Virus record (IMG/VR): IMGVR_UViG_3300020686_000007 | Coordinates: 1-39,853 of that record | Length of the DNA stretch: 39,853 bases | Source: a virus | Taxonomy: Duplodnaviria > Caudoviricetes | Strand: one strand, 5' to 3' | Shown: positions 1 to 9,688 of the stretch, in pieces | Layout: each line of letters begins with the position of its first letter | Numbering within the stretch: position 1 is the first letter of the stretch | Notes under the pieces: model-generated | Databases searched by the model: none | Told to the model about the DNA's origin: nothing | What the model saw: only the letters and a program-made list of their open reading frames with translations | Program-made: the position numbers and the translations under genes

Positions 1-13
1 GTAGATTATGTCC
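1..13. repeat. 13-bp terminal direct repeat (GTAGATTATGTCC), identical to 39841-39853; circular-assembly overlap
   Basis: First and last 13 nt are identical, and the reading frame is continuous across the join. Confidence 0.9.
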
Positions 14-2073
14 CAGCTACTAGCGATTCAGACTCATCTTTTGTTCCCGGTACATGGCGCATTGGATACAATGCTACTACTGGTTATGCAACCGACATTG
101 TTCAAACTGGTGTAACTTTCCCATTGCCGCCTACAGATGGCGGTAGTTATGCTTTGTTTGGTGCGCCAACATCAATGACAGCAAACCCAGCGACAGTTCA
201 GATTCCTGTTCGCTATAAAGATTTAGCTGGTGTAGTCCATTTAATTCCTACATCCACTATGCAAGTGGTTTATGCAATCCAAGGCAATACTGGAACTAAA
301 AGCGCATATCCAGCACTATATCAATGGAATATTTCTACCCCATCTAATCCTAGTGGCACAACTATTTATGATTGGGCTACAGGCACTCAAAGCGGATATA
401 CAGGCGGTGGCGGCTGGGATACAACTATTCCATCAAATCCGGGTACACCGGGATTAAGGCTATATCAAGCGCTTAATTTTATTTTTGCGGCTAATAGCAT
501 TACCACTTCCACAGTAGATTGGAGTACCGGATATACCATTTCTGATATTACTCAGAATGGTGCGGCTGGTGTTCAATCGGCTCAACCAACAGTATTCCAA
601 TGGGCAATTACTATCCCTAGTGGTCCTACAGGATCATCAACTTATACATGGGCAACAAGTTCATTTACTCCTACACCTAGTGGCTGGAGTTTAACTCCCG
701 GCACTTCACCAAGTCCCGGCTATACACTTTGGGGCGCAACTGTTCAAATTACAGATAGCGCAACAGTAACTACAACCAATATTAATTGGACATTAGCTTC
801 TATTACTGCAAGGGGTTATGCTGGAACTACTGGTGCGGCTGGTACTGCTGGGGCATCTTCTAGGATTTGTTACTCAGCGACTTCTTTAAGTTCATTGGCT
901 AATACACCAACAACTTATACAACTTCTGGTAGTTCATCATTCCCACCTAACGGAGAATGGGGTTCAGATACAGTATGGCAAGCAACACCGCCAACTATTA
1001 CTGCCGGGCAATCTGTCTATCAATCAGATGGTATCTATAGCCCAACTACAGGCAATACAGTATGGAATGTGCCTTATCTTTCCAATCTAAAGGTTGGTTC
1101 TTTATCGGCTATTACAGCCAATATGGGAAGCCTTACATCTGGAACTATTACTGGCGCAGTTATTCAAACTGCCACTTCTGGTGCAAGAGTAGTGATGGAT
1201 TACACTACTAATAATATTAGCACCTACAATTCATCAGGCACTTTAACTGCTCAAATTGGTGGTAATTCTGGCTGTATTTATGTGCAGTCTTATACAGCGG
1301 TAACTCCTGCTGGTGCATTTATAACAACATCAAGTTCTACCCCAGCCGCTTATGCCACTAATAACACAGGCAATGGTTTTGAAGGGTATAGTTATTCTTC
1401 AGGAGTTGGAGTATTAGGTCTTGCTATTAATACTGGCGGCACAAATCATGGTTTAAGAGGTACAAATACAGCATCTAATGGTGGCACATCTACTGATGGC
1501 TTAGTAGGTGTATCAAATGGATATGACTTTTATGCAGATGGGGCTGGGGTAAACTATGGTCCATTTACAGGGGCGCATGATGTATTAGTGCCTATTGGAA
1601 CAACAATTCCTGTTGGTCATATTATTTGTGATGTCAAACTAATTATGGCTAAAAATATTTCTAATACTGTATTTGAGGTTGCAGAATCTTCTACAGCAAA
1701 TCAAGTGCCTATTGGTGTAATGGTAGTTAATAATGGTCTTTTGGCTAATTCAAAACCAGCTTCTTTTATTGAATCTATCAATTTAGTAGATGGTCAGATA
1801 GTAGAAACTATGTACCCTGAATATGATGCTAACAAAAATCTATATGATTATTGCGGCGCAAATGCAGTAGGAGAAGGTCAAGTTTATGTCTGTGGCGAAA
1901 GTGGCGATATTGCGGCTGGTGATTTGATTGTTACTAGTTCTACTCCGGGATTAGGAATGAAGCAATCTGATAATATTGTAAAAAATATTACAGTAGCCAA
2001 AGCTAGACAAGCCATTACATTTACAGATACAACCACACCAGTTTTAGTTGCTTGTATCTATTTATGTGGTTAA
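1..2073 (+). CDS. C-terminal part of central tail tip/fibre protein (gene begins at 37795 and wraps; ~1372 aa total), ending in a probable intramolecular-chaperone/autocleavage-type domain
   Basis: Frame 1 is open from base 1 (VDYVPATSDSD...) into the 124..2073 ORF. It has T/S/G-rich beta repeats and a C-terminal YGPFTGAH...GEGQVYVCGESGDIAAGDLIVTSS motif typical of fibre chaperone domains. Confidence 0.8.
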   Translation, partial: VDYVPATSDSDSSFVPGTWRIGYNATTGYATDIVQTGVTFPLPPTDGGSYALFGAPTSMTANPATVQIPVRYKDLAGVVHLIPTSTMQVVYAIQGNTGTKSAYPALYQWNISTPSNPSGTTIYDWATGTQSGYTGGGGWDTTIPSNPGTPGLRLYQALNFIFAANSITTSTVDWSTGYTISDITQNGAAGVQSAQPTVFQWAITIPSGPTGSSTYTWATSSFTPTPSGWSLTPGTSPSPGYTLWGATVQITDSATVTTTNINWTLASITARGYAGTTGAAGTAGASSRICYSATSLSSLANTPTTYTTSGSSSFPPNGEWGSDTVWQATPPTITAGQSVYQSDGIYSPTTGNTVWNVPYLSNLKVGSLSAITANMGSLTSGTITGAVIQTATSGARVVMDYTTNNISTYNSSGTLTAQIGGNSGCIYVQSYTAVTPAGAFITTSSSTPAAYATNNTGNGFEGYSYSSGVGVLGLAINTGGTNHGLRGTNTASNGGTSTDGLVGVSNGYDFYADGAGVNYGPFTGAHDVLVPIGTTIPVGHIICDVKLIMAKNISNTVFEVAESSTANQVPIGVMVVNNGLLANSKPASFIESINLVDGQIVETMYPEYDANKNLYDYCGANAVGEGQVYVCGESGDIAAGDLIVTSSTPGLGMKQSDNIVKNITVAKARQAITFTDTTTPVLVACIYLCG

Positions 2074-2093
2074 AATAGCCTAATAATATAAAA

Positions 2094-2152
2094 CATGATT
2101 CGTGGGTGAGTGGAGTTCCATTCCCCATTAACCGAGAATTGGAGAAATCATG
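2094..2152 (+). promoter_or_regulatory. Candidate structured 5' leader occluding the RBS/start of the 2150 gene
   Basis: CATGATT (2094-2100) is complementary to AATCATG (2146-2152, includes the ATG). Internal hairpins lie at 2103-2127 and CCGA-GAA-TTGG, which overlaps GGAG. TAAAAT is at 2071-2076. Confidence 0.35.
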
Positions 2153-2635
2153 GCTGTGTTTAATAAAAACACACTTACACAAGTAAGTGGGTTTGATAAT
2201 CAAATTATTGCTGGAGAATTAGTCTATCAGCAAAAAACCTTTTGGAATCTAGCACTTACAAATAGTGATGGCACTCCAATGGATTTATCTACAGCCACGA
2301 TTGATGCCCAAATCATTCGTAGAGAACTTACAAATGTCAGAGATAGTCGCTATGGTCTAGCCTTTGATATTAATGATTACACACCAACTCCAGACCCTAT
2401 TTCATTGACCATTACTAATGTGGATGGTACACATGGATCTTTTACACTTGTAATTGATGATTCTTCATGGGATTTGGTGGCTGGTCAAATTGGATTAGAT
2501 ATTGCCAATATAAATGGCACAGGCTTTTCTGGGCGCATTAAAATTAGCTTTCCAGAAGAAGGATCTACCCCAGCAAATGACTTAATCATCTTTTTGCTAT
2601 TCCTAGTTCGTTCTGATGCAATCGTAAACAATTAA
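2150..2635 (+). CDS. Virion tail/baseplate protein (BppU-N-like fibre anchor)
   Basis: 161-aa ORF with GGAG RBS; LTNSDGTPMDLSTATIDAQI-type motif; lies between tip and fibre genes. Confidence 0.55.
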   Translation: MAVFNKNTLTQVSGFDNQIIAGELVYQQKTFWNLALTNSDGTPMDLSTATIDAQIIRRELTNVRDSRYGLAFDINDYTPTPDPISLTITNVDGTHGSFTLVIDDSSWDLVAGQIGLDIANINGTGFSGRIKISFPEEGSTPANDLIIFLLFLVRSDAIVNN

Positions 2636-2643
2636 GGATCGTC

Positions 2644-5600
2644 ATGGCTGAATTAAAAGTTACAAGCGCTAGTGGCGATTCAGTTAATGTCGATGTCGGC
2701 ATTGGCAATCAAATTGCTTTAGTTATAGACAAAGGCTACTATGGTCCATCTGGCTATAGCGGTCAATCAGGCTATAGTGGATATAGCGGATTTAGCGGTG
2801 CAAATGGAACTTCAGGAATTTCTGGTAAATCTGGTTATTCTGGCTACAGCGGTTTTAGCGGTTATAGTGGATCAGGTATTTCTGGTTATTCAGGTTCAGG
2901 AGTTTCTGGGTATAGCGGTTTTAGCGGAATATCTGGATATTCTGGCGCAGTCGGACAATCTGGTATTTCTGGATATAGTGGCTTTTCAGGTCAATCAGGT
3001 TTTAGCGGTTCTGGTGTAAGTGGTTGGTCTGGCTTTAGTGGAACTTCAGGTTTCAGCGGATTTTCTGGATCAGGTGTATCTGGTTATTCTGGATTTAGCG
3101 GTATTAGTGGATATAGCGGCATTAACGGCTTTTCTGGCATTTCTGGTTTTTCTGGAATTAGCGGATATAGTGGTTCTGGTATTTCTGGTTACTCTGGGTT
3201 TTCTGGTTATAGCGGTCAGCAAGGCGCTGGAATTACTATTAAAGGCACAGTAGCTATTCCAGCAGATTTGCCGCCAACAGGCAATCAACCTAATGATGCT
3301 TATATTGTTCAATCCAATGGCGATTTATATATATGGGATGGTTCAGCTTGGTTTAATGCTGGTCAAATTGTAGGACCAGCAGGACAAAGTGGAACATCCG
3401 GATTTAGCGGTTATTCAGGCATTTCTGGTTACTCTGGCTTTAGCGGCATTAGCGGTTACAGCGGAGCAGTAGGTCAATCAGGTTTAAGCGGCTATAGCGG
3501 CTTTTCTGGTATGTCTGGCTCTGGTATATCTGGTTGGTCAGGATTTAGCGGTATAAGCGGTTTTAGTGGATTCTCAGGCTATTCTGGAAGCGGTGTTTCT
3601 GGTTACTCAGGATTTAGCGGCATTTCAGGATATAGTGGCGCAATAGGTCAATCTGGTATTAGCGGCTATAGCGGCTTTTCTGGAATTAGCGGTTATTCTG
3701 GAAGCGGTGTATCCGGGTATTCTGGTTATTCTGGACAAATTGGTGCAAGTGGTTATAGCGGTATTTCTGGCTTTAGCGGATATTCTGGTCAAGATGGCGC
3801 ATCAGGTTTTTCAGGATATAGCGGATCTGGCATTTCTGGATATTCAGGCTTTAGTGGAATTTCAGGTTATAGCGGTCAAGATGGCGCAAGTGGCATTAGC
3901 GGATACTCAGGACAAAATGGCGCATCTGGATATTCAGGAATTAGTGGCTTCTCAGGTTTTTCTGGCATTAGCGGTTACAGCGGATCTGGTGTAAGTGGTT
4001 ATTCAGGATTTTCAGGCATCTCTGGCTATAGCGGTTATTCTGGTAGCGGTGTTAGTGGCTATTCTGGTTACAGCGGTGCAATAGGCGCATCTGGCACAAG
4101 TGGATATAGTGGTTTTAGCGGCATCTCAGGATATAGCGGAAGCGGTGTATCTGGCTATTCTGGATTTAGTGGTATCTCAGGCTACAGCGGAATTTCTGGT
4201 TACTCAGGAAGTGGTGTTAGCGGATACTCAGGCTACAGCGGCGCAGTAGGTCAAAGTGGATTTTCTGGCTATAGTGGTGCGGTGGGTCAATCAGGAATAA
4301 GTGGTTATTCAGGTTTTAGCGGAATTTCTGGTTACAGCGGAAGCGGTGTATCAGGTTACTCTGGTTACTCAGGTAGCGGCACAAGTGGCTACTCAGGCTT
4401 TTCAGGCATCAGCGGTTATAGCGGCTATTCTGGATATTCAGGTTCTGTTGGTGCTGGTGGTGTTCGTGGCTATTGGGGTTCATTTTGGGACACAACTAAT
4501 CAAACTGCCGCAAGTACCACATCTGCATATATTTTTAATATTGGTCAAACTGATGCAAATAGCACAGGAATAAGTATTGTTTCTGGCAATAGAATTACTT
4601 TTGCTAATGCTGGTGTTTATACAGTTCAATATTCTGTTCAATTTCAAAATACTTCTACTGGTTCTGGCAATGATAATGCTGATATTTGGTTTAAATTAAA
4701 TGGAGCAGATATTGCAGATAGCAATAGCATATTTAATATTCCTAGGGCGCAAGGCGGTACAAATGGATATTTAATTGCCGTTACACCTTATACATTAAAA
4801 GTAAATGCTGGAGATTATATTCAGCTTGCTTGGGCAGTAACTACAACTAACATTTCAGCGGTAACAACAGCGGCTCAAACAAGCCCAACTGTTCCAGAAA
4901 CTCCTTCTGTAATTGTTTCTGCTACACAAGTTTTTTATACTCAATCTGGCTATAGCGGCACTAGCGGTTACTCAGGATTTAGTGGCATCTCAGGCTATTC
5001 TGGTATTTCTGGCTATTCAGGGAGCGGTATATCAGGCTATAGCGGATACTCAGGATCGGGTGTAAGTGGATATAGTGGTTGGTCTGGCATATCAGGTTAC
5101 AGCGGTGCTATTGGAGCATCTGGAATTTCTGGATATTCTGGATTCTCAGGCATAAGCGGATATAGCGGTTCAGGAGTTAGCGGTTATTCTGGATACTCTG
5201 GATCAGGTGTTTCTGGTTATTCTGGCTATAGTGGTATTTCAGGCTATTCAGGCTCTAGTGATACTTGGCTAGGTGCTTGGTCAAGTTCAACAGCTTATGT
5301 AGTAAGAAATATTGTTTCTTACAATGGCTCTAGTTACTATTGTATTCTTGCCAATACTAATCAACTTCCAACCAATACAACTTATTGGAATTTATTAGCC
5401 CAATCTGGTTTTTCAGGATATTCTGGGTATAGTGGCATTTCTGGTTATAGCGGTAGCGGAATAAGCGGTTATTCAGGCTTTTCAGGTTATAGCGGAACAG
5501 CACCATCCACTATTTCTACTACAGGCACAACAACTTCTGGCACTTTATTTATTGTTGGTGTAAGTGGTACTGGATCACAAGCACCTTATATTTCTAATAC

Positions 5601-6033
5601 TAATAGCATTGCATATAACCCTTCTACAGGAGTTATAACTGCGGCATTTAATGGCGCACACAATGGTACTGTAGGCGCAACAACTCCAGCGGCTGGTACA
5701 TTTACTTTAGCAAAAGCAACAGAATATACAGAAACTCAAGTTGCTATATCTGCTTCAGCGATTGACCTTACACTTGGTAACTATTTTACCAAAACAATTA
5801 GCGGTGCAACTACATTTACTATTTCAAATACAGCTTCTAGTGGCACAGTAAACAGCTTTATTCTTGACCTTACTAATGGTGGCTCTGCTACTGTGAACTG
5901 GTGGTCAGGGGTTAAATGGGCTGGCGGTACTGCTCCTACACTAACTTCTTCAGGTCGTGATACACTAGGATTTTTCACCGAAGATGGTGGAACAACATGG
6001 AACGGATTTGTTCTTGGAAAGAATATGTCGTAA
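2644..6033 (+). CDS. Tail fibre-like protein with long (Ser-Gly-Y/F/I/V)n repeats plus globular modules (knob, C1q/TNF-like, CBM5/12-like, C-terminal domain)
   Basis: 1129 aa with AAGGA RBS. Four SGX blocks are separated by GITIKGTV...YIWDGSAW, YWGSFWDTT...GDYIQL and WSSSTAYVVRNIVSYNGSSYYC modules. Confidence 0.75.
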   Translation: MAELKVTSASGDSVNVDVGIGNQIALVIDKGYYGPSGYSGQSGYSGYSGFSGANGTSGISGKSGYSGYSGFSGYSGSGISGYSGSGVSGYSGFSGISGYSGAVGQSGISGYSGFSGQSGFSGSGVSGWSGFSGTSGFSGFSGSGVSGYSGFSGISGYSGINGFSGISGFSGISGYSGSGISGYSGFSGYSGQQGAGITIKGTVAIPADLPPTGNQPNDAYIVQSNGDLYIWDGSAWFNAGQIVGPAGQSGTSGFSGYSGISGYSGFSGISGYSGAVGQSGLSGYSGFSGMSGSGISGWSGFSGISGFSGFSGYSGSGVSGYSGFSGISGYSGAIGQSGISGYSGFSGISGYSGSGVSGYSGYSGQIGASGYSGISGFSGYSGQDGASGFSGYSGSGISGYSGFSGISGYSGQDGASGISGYSGQNGASGYSGISGFSGFSGISGYSGSGVSGYSGFSGISGYSGYSGSGVSGYSGYSGAIGASGTSGYSGFSGISGYSGSGVSGYSGFSGISGYSGISGYSGSGVSGYSGYSGAVGQSGFSGYSGAVGQSGISGYSGFSGISGYSGSGVSGYSGYSGSGTSGYSGFSGISGYSGYSGYSGSVGAGGVRGYWGSFWDTTNQTAASTTSAYIFNIGQTDANSTGISIVSGNRITFANAGVYTVQYSVQFQNTSTGSGNDNADIWFKLNGADIADSNSIFNIPRAQGGTNGYLIAVTPYTLKVNAGDYIQLAWAVTTTNISAVTTAAQTSPTVPETPSVIVSATQVFYTQSGYSGTSGYSGFSGISGYSGISGYSGSGISGYSGYSGSGVSGYSGWSGISGYSGAIGASGISGYSGFSGISGYSGSGVSGYSGYSGSGVSGYSGYSGISGYSGSSDTWLGAWSSSTAYVVRNIVSYNGSSYYCILANTNQLPTNTTYWNLLAQSGFSGYSGYSGISGYSGSGISGYSGFSGYSGTAPSTISTTGTTTSGTLFIVGVSGTGSQAPYISNTNSIAYNPSTGVITAAFNGAHNGTVGATTPAAGTFTLAKATEYTETQVAISASAIDLTLGNYFTKTISGATTFTISNTASSGTVNSFILDLTNGGSATVNWWSGVKWAGGTAPTLTSSGRDTLGFFTEDGGTTWNGFVLGKNMS
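2749..5496 (+). repeat. Degenerate 9-bp coding repeat (Ser-Gly-X) in four blocks: ~2749-3219, ~3385-4440, ~4945-5253, ~5404-5496
   Basis: Translation SGYSGFSGISG...; synonymous codons heavily shuffled (TCT/TCA/AGC/AGT; GGT/GGA/GGC). Confidence 0.9.
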
Positions 6034-6530
6034 TGCCAAAATCTATAGACATCACAGGGCAAAGATTTGGTAAGTTGGTAGCTATTAAGCCTACCGACAA
6101 ACGGAATCGTGCTGGAAACATTATTTGGCAGTTTCAATGCGATTGCGGAAATTTGCATGAAACATTTACTTCCGCAGTAAAACAAAAGAAATCCACTAAA
6201 TCATGCGGTTGCACAATGCTTGAATACTGTCAATCAGGAAAAATGCACTATAAGCATGGCATGGAAGGCACTACTGAATACAACATTTGGCTTGGCATTA
6301 AACAAAGATGTTTAAATGAAAATCACGCTAGATATAAATATTATGGTGGTCGTGGCATTACTGTATGTGCTGAATGGTTAGATTTTGAAAAGTTTTATTC
6401 CGATATGGGTAAAAGACCTGATGGATTAAGTATTGACCGCATAAATAACGATAAAGGTTATTTTTTAGAAAATTGTCGATGGGCTACTCCTAAAGAGCAA
6501 GCCAACAATCGAAGAAAGGCAATGGCCTAA
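6033..6530 (+). mobile_element. Free-standing HNH homing endonuclease (likely start 6033, MPKSIDITGQRFG)
   Basis: DITGQRFGKL, CDCG, KSCGC, YGGRGI, SIDRINNDKGY...NCRWAT...QANN motifs; TAATG overlaps at both ends. Confidence 0.85.
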
Positions 6531-8518
6531 TGCCAGTTCGTGACCTATTGATGTCTGCTAGTGGTGCTTCTGCTCCTGCCGTATATGTAGATGATGTATT
6601 TTCTACTTATTTATATACAGGTACAGGAGCAACACAATCTATTAATAATGGAATAGACCTTACTAAAGGTGGAATGACTTGGATTAAATCTAGGTCAGCC
6701 GCAACAAACAATAACTTATTTGATACTGTTCAAGGTGTAACAAAGTTATTACATTCAAATACACAAGATACAATTATTACCGACACTAATTCTTTGACTG
6801 CTTTTAATTCTAATGGTTTTACATTAGGAAGTGGTAATACAACAGGTAATCAAGTAAATACTTCTGCTGCAACTTTCGCTTCTTGGACATTTCGTAAACA
6901 ACCTAAGTTCTTTGATATTGTTCAATATACTGGTACAGGCTCAACTCAAGCAATTAATCATAGCTTAGGTTCTACACCTGGCTGTATTATTGTTAAATGT
7001 ACCAATGCTTCTGGAATTAGTTGGGTTGTTTATCATAAAGGTTTAAATGGTGGCACAACTCCAGAGCAATATGCTATTATTTTAAATACTACAGCAGCTC
7101 AAAGCAGCAATTCAGTTTTTTGGAATAATACAGCTCCAACATCTACTCAATTTACTGTTGGCACTGCTGGCGGAACAAATACTAGTGGAAATACATACAT
7201 AGCCTACATATTTGCTGACCAAGCTGGTGGATTTGGTGCAACAGGAACAGATAGTGCTATTGCTTGTGGAAGTTATACAGCAACAGGAAATGACTTTATA
7301 AATCTTGGATGGGAGCCACAATTTATATTAATAAAAAACACCACTTCAGTAAGTAATTGGACAACTGTAGATGTTATGAGAGGAGAGTCTCAAACAATTT
7401 TAAACTATTTACGCCCAAATACTACTGTATCAGAACTTACATATACTCCTGGGTATTACATACCTACAGCTACAGGGTTTTCTAATCCAGGAAGCCTTCC
7501 TTTTGATAATCCTGGTGATAATATTATTTACATAGCAATTCGCAGACCTAATAAACCACCTACTACTGGTACTAGTGTGTTTAGTCCTGTAACAAATACA
7601 GTATCAAGCAGTGCTGCTGTCACAACTACAACTGGATTCCCTGTAGATACTTTATTTTTTGAAGGGTATTTAAATGACGGAACTAATTTTGACATTGATA
7701 GATTAAGAGGAAGTTCCTCAACTTCTACAAACTGGCTTCAAACAAATTCAACAGCGGCAGAACAAGCCTCTAGTGGTTCTTATGGAATAGCATTAGATAG
7801 CAATACATCTATTACTGATAATCATTTTGCTTATAATGTAGCTGGTACAGATAGTTTTATTTATTGGGCTTTAAAAAGAGCACCTACATTCTTTGATGAA
7901 GTTTGTTATACAGGAACAGGCGCAAATCAAACAATTAAGCACAATTTAACAACTGTTCCGCAAATAATTATTTTAAAAGATAGGTCAAATGCTGGAAACA
8001 ACTGGGTAGCTTATTGCCAACCTAATGGAACATCATACAATTCTGCAAATTCAAATGTTGGATATTTAAACTCTAATATTTCTTTCTTTTCTTATCCAAC
8101 TGTTTTTAATAGCACTGCACCAACATCTACTCAAATTACATTAGGAAATACAACATTAGCTAATGTAAGCGCACATACTTATGTCGGATATTTGTTTGGA
8201 ACTTGTGCTGGAATATCTTATGTTGGCACATACACAGGAAGCGGAACAGGTCAGTCAATAGCTTGTGGATTTGGTTCTGGTGGAGCTAGATTTATTTTGA
8301 TTAAGCGCACAGATTCTACTGGTGATTGGTATTGTTTTGATTCTGCTAGAGGTCTTACAAGTTCATCTAGTCCTTATTTATTATGGAATTCATCAGGTGT
8401 TCAAGTATCAGGAAATAATGGTTGTTATGCTTCTTCTGGTGGATTTACTTTAACTTCTTCAGCTTCTGCTACAGTCAATGTAAATGGCGGAAGCTATATT
8501 TTCTTGGCTGTGGCTTAA
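6530..8518 (+). CDS. Tail fibre / receptor-binding-type protein with repeated YTGTG beta domains
   Basis: 662 aa, T/S/G/N-rich, repeated FFD.V.YTGTG...HSLG/HNL..P..II.K units; followed by a fibre chaperone. Confidence 0.65.
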   Translation: MPVRDLLMSASGASAPAVYVDDVFSTYLYTGTGATQSINNGIDLTKGGMTWIKSRSAATNNNLFDTVQGVTKLLHSNTQDTIITDTNSLTAFNSNGFTLGSGNTTGNQVNTSAATFASWTFRKQPKFFDIVQYTGTGSTQAINHSLGSTPGCIIVKCTNASGISWVVYHKGLNGGTTPEQYAIILNTTAAQSSNSVFWNNTAPTSTQFTVGTAGGTNTSGNTYIAYIFADQAGGFGATGTDSAIACGSYTATGNDFINLGWEPQFILIKNTTSVSNWTTVDVMRGESQTILNYLRPNTTVSELTYTPGYYIPTATGFSNPGSLPFDNPGDNIIYIAIRRPNKPPTTGTSVFSPVTNTVSSSAAVTTTTGFPVDTLFFEGYLNDGTNFDIDRLRGSSSTSTNWLQTNSTAAEQASSGSYGIALDSNTSITDNHFAYNVAGTDSFIYWALKRAPTFFDEVCYTGTGANQTIKHNLTTVPQIIILKDRSNAGNNWVAYCQPNGTSYNSANSNVGYLNSNISFFSYPTVFNSTAPTSTQITLGNTTLANVSAHTYVGYLFGTCAGISYVGTYTGSGTGQSIACGFGSGGARFILIKRTDSTGDWYCFDSARGLTSSSSPYLLWNSSGVQVSGNNGCYASSGGFTLTSSASATVNVNGGSYIFLAVA

Positions 8519-8528
8519 AGGACAAATT

Positions 8529-9005
8529 ATGGCAATTTTTATCAATACACAAACATTATCGTATCCAGTTACGCAAGAGCAAATACAATCTGAATATCCT
8601 AATACTAGCTTTCCTACGCCTTTTGTAGCTCCAGAGCCGTATGAAACTGTATTTGATAGTCCACAGCCATCCTATGACCCAATTACTCAAGCTGTTGTTC
8701 AAGGTGCGCCAGAGCAAACTAGCGGTCAATGGTATCAAGTATGGAATGTAGTTGATTTGACACCAGAGCAAATTGCTTACAACAAAGAGCAAAAAGCTAA
8801 TCAAAACAAAACACAGGCTACTCAGATTCTTTCCAACACAGATTGGACTGCCATTCCTGATGTGGCTGACCCATTAAAGTCTAATCCTTACCTTACAAAC
8901 CAAGCAGAATTTGTTGCCTATAGAAGTACAATTAGGAATATTGCTGTAAACCCTACATGGGATGCAGTATTTCCTACAGCGCCTACGGAAAAGTGGAGTA
9001 GCTAA
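8529..9005 (+). CDS. Tail fibre assembly chaperone
   Basis: AAGGA RBS then ATG at 8529; C-terminal LSNTDW...D...YRSTIRNI...FPTAP motif. Confidence 0.7.
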   Translation: MAIFINTQTLSYPVTQEQIQSEYPNTSFPTPFVAPEPYETVFDSPQPSYDPITQAVVQGAPEQTSGQWYQVWNVVDLTPEQIAYNKEQKANQNKTQATQILSNTDWTAIPDVADPLKSNPYLTNQAEFVAYRSTIRNIAVNPTWDAVFPTAPTEKWSS

Positions 9006-9019
9006 AATAGAAAGATAAG

Positions 9020-9688
9020 ATGACAACAATATACGGATTAGATGTAGCAACACAATGGGAACAAATACTAGAACTTCATGTCCTAGCATTAGCTAAAGAG
9101 CATCACCCTGATTGGTATCGTTGGCGATTGACCAATAACTATGAAAGGGCGGTGTTTCTTAAAGGCGATCCAGTATTTCCTAGAGAACATCAACGCTATC
9201 AATGGGCGGCAAAGAATTTATTAAATGGCTCAATCTTTGAATTAGGATGTACAACAGGCTATGGAGTCCAATATTTTCCAAATAATGTCGATTATCTTGG
9301 TCTTGACTATGATCCTATCATTATTAATGTCGCAAAAGAACAGCAATGGTCAGACACCGCAAGATTTGTTTCTGCCGATATTAATGTATATGACTTGGAT
9401 TTTTATACTAATATTATTGCTTTTGAAGTCATTGAACACTTAGACAATGGGCTAGAAATAGCTCAGAAACTAAAGAAACATTGCAAACGATTATTACTTA
9501 CAGTTCCTTGGAATGAACCTAAAGGTTTTTGGGGTGAGCATCATAAACTACATGGCTTAAATGAGTCCCATTTTGAGGGCTTTGAGTTTGAATATGTTAA
9601 TGAACATGGACAGATTACAAACCAGCCAGAACCTATTACAGAACAAAACAGATGCAACCTAATGCTATGCAAATTCTCTGCTCCGTAG
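9020..9688 (+). CDS. Class I SAM-dependent methyltransferase
   Basis: IFELGCTTGYG (motif I), GLDYD, ADI, AFEVIEHL, LLLTVP. Confidence 0.85.
   Translation: MTTIYGLDVATQWEQILELHVLALAKEHHPDWYRWRLTNNYERAVFLKGDPVFPREHQRYQWAAKNLLNGSIFELGCTTGYGVQYFPNNVDYLGLDYDPIIINVAKEQQWSDTARFVSADINVYDLDFYTNIIAFEVIEHLDNGLEIAQKLKKHCKRLLLTVPWNEPKGFWGEHHKLHGLNESHFEGFEFEYVNEHGQITNQPEPITEQNRCNLMLCKFSAP

Noticed and set aside
1-13. Biological terminal repeat or att core
   Set aside because: It lies mid-gene. The terminase type and gp74-like HNH point to cos ends near terS, so this is most likely an assembly overlap.
2741-4573. Alternative-frame ORFs in the SGX gene (2741, 3020, 3070, 3707, 4301)
   Set aside because: Shadows of the 9-bp repeat periodicity, with no RBS.
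5997-6530. HNH genes as group I intron ORFs; start at 5997
   Set aside because: No flanking non-coding space for a ribozyme core, and the neighbours are complete ORFs. The TAATG overlap favours 6033 as start.
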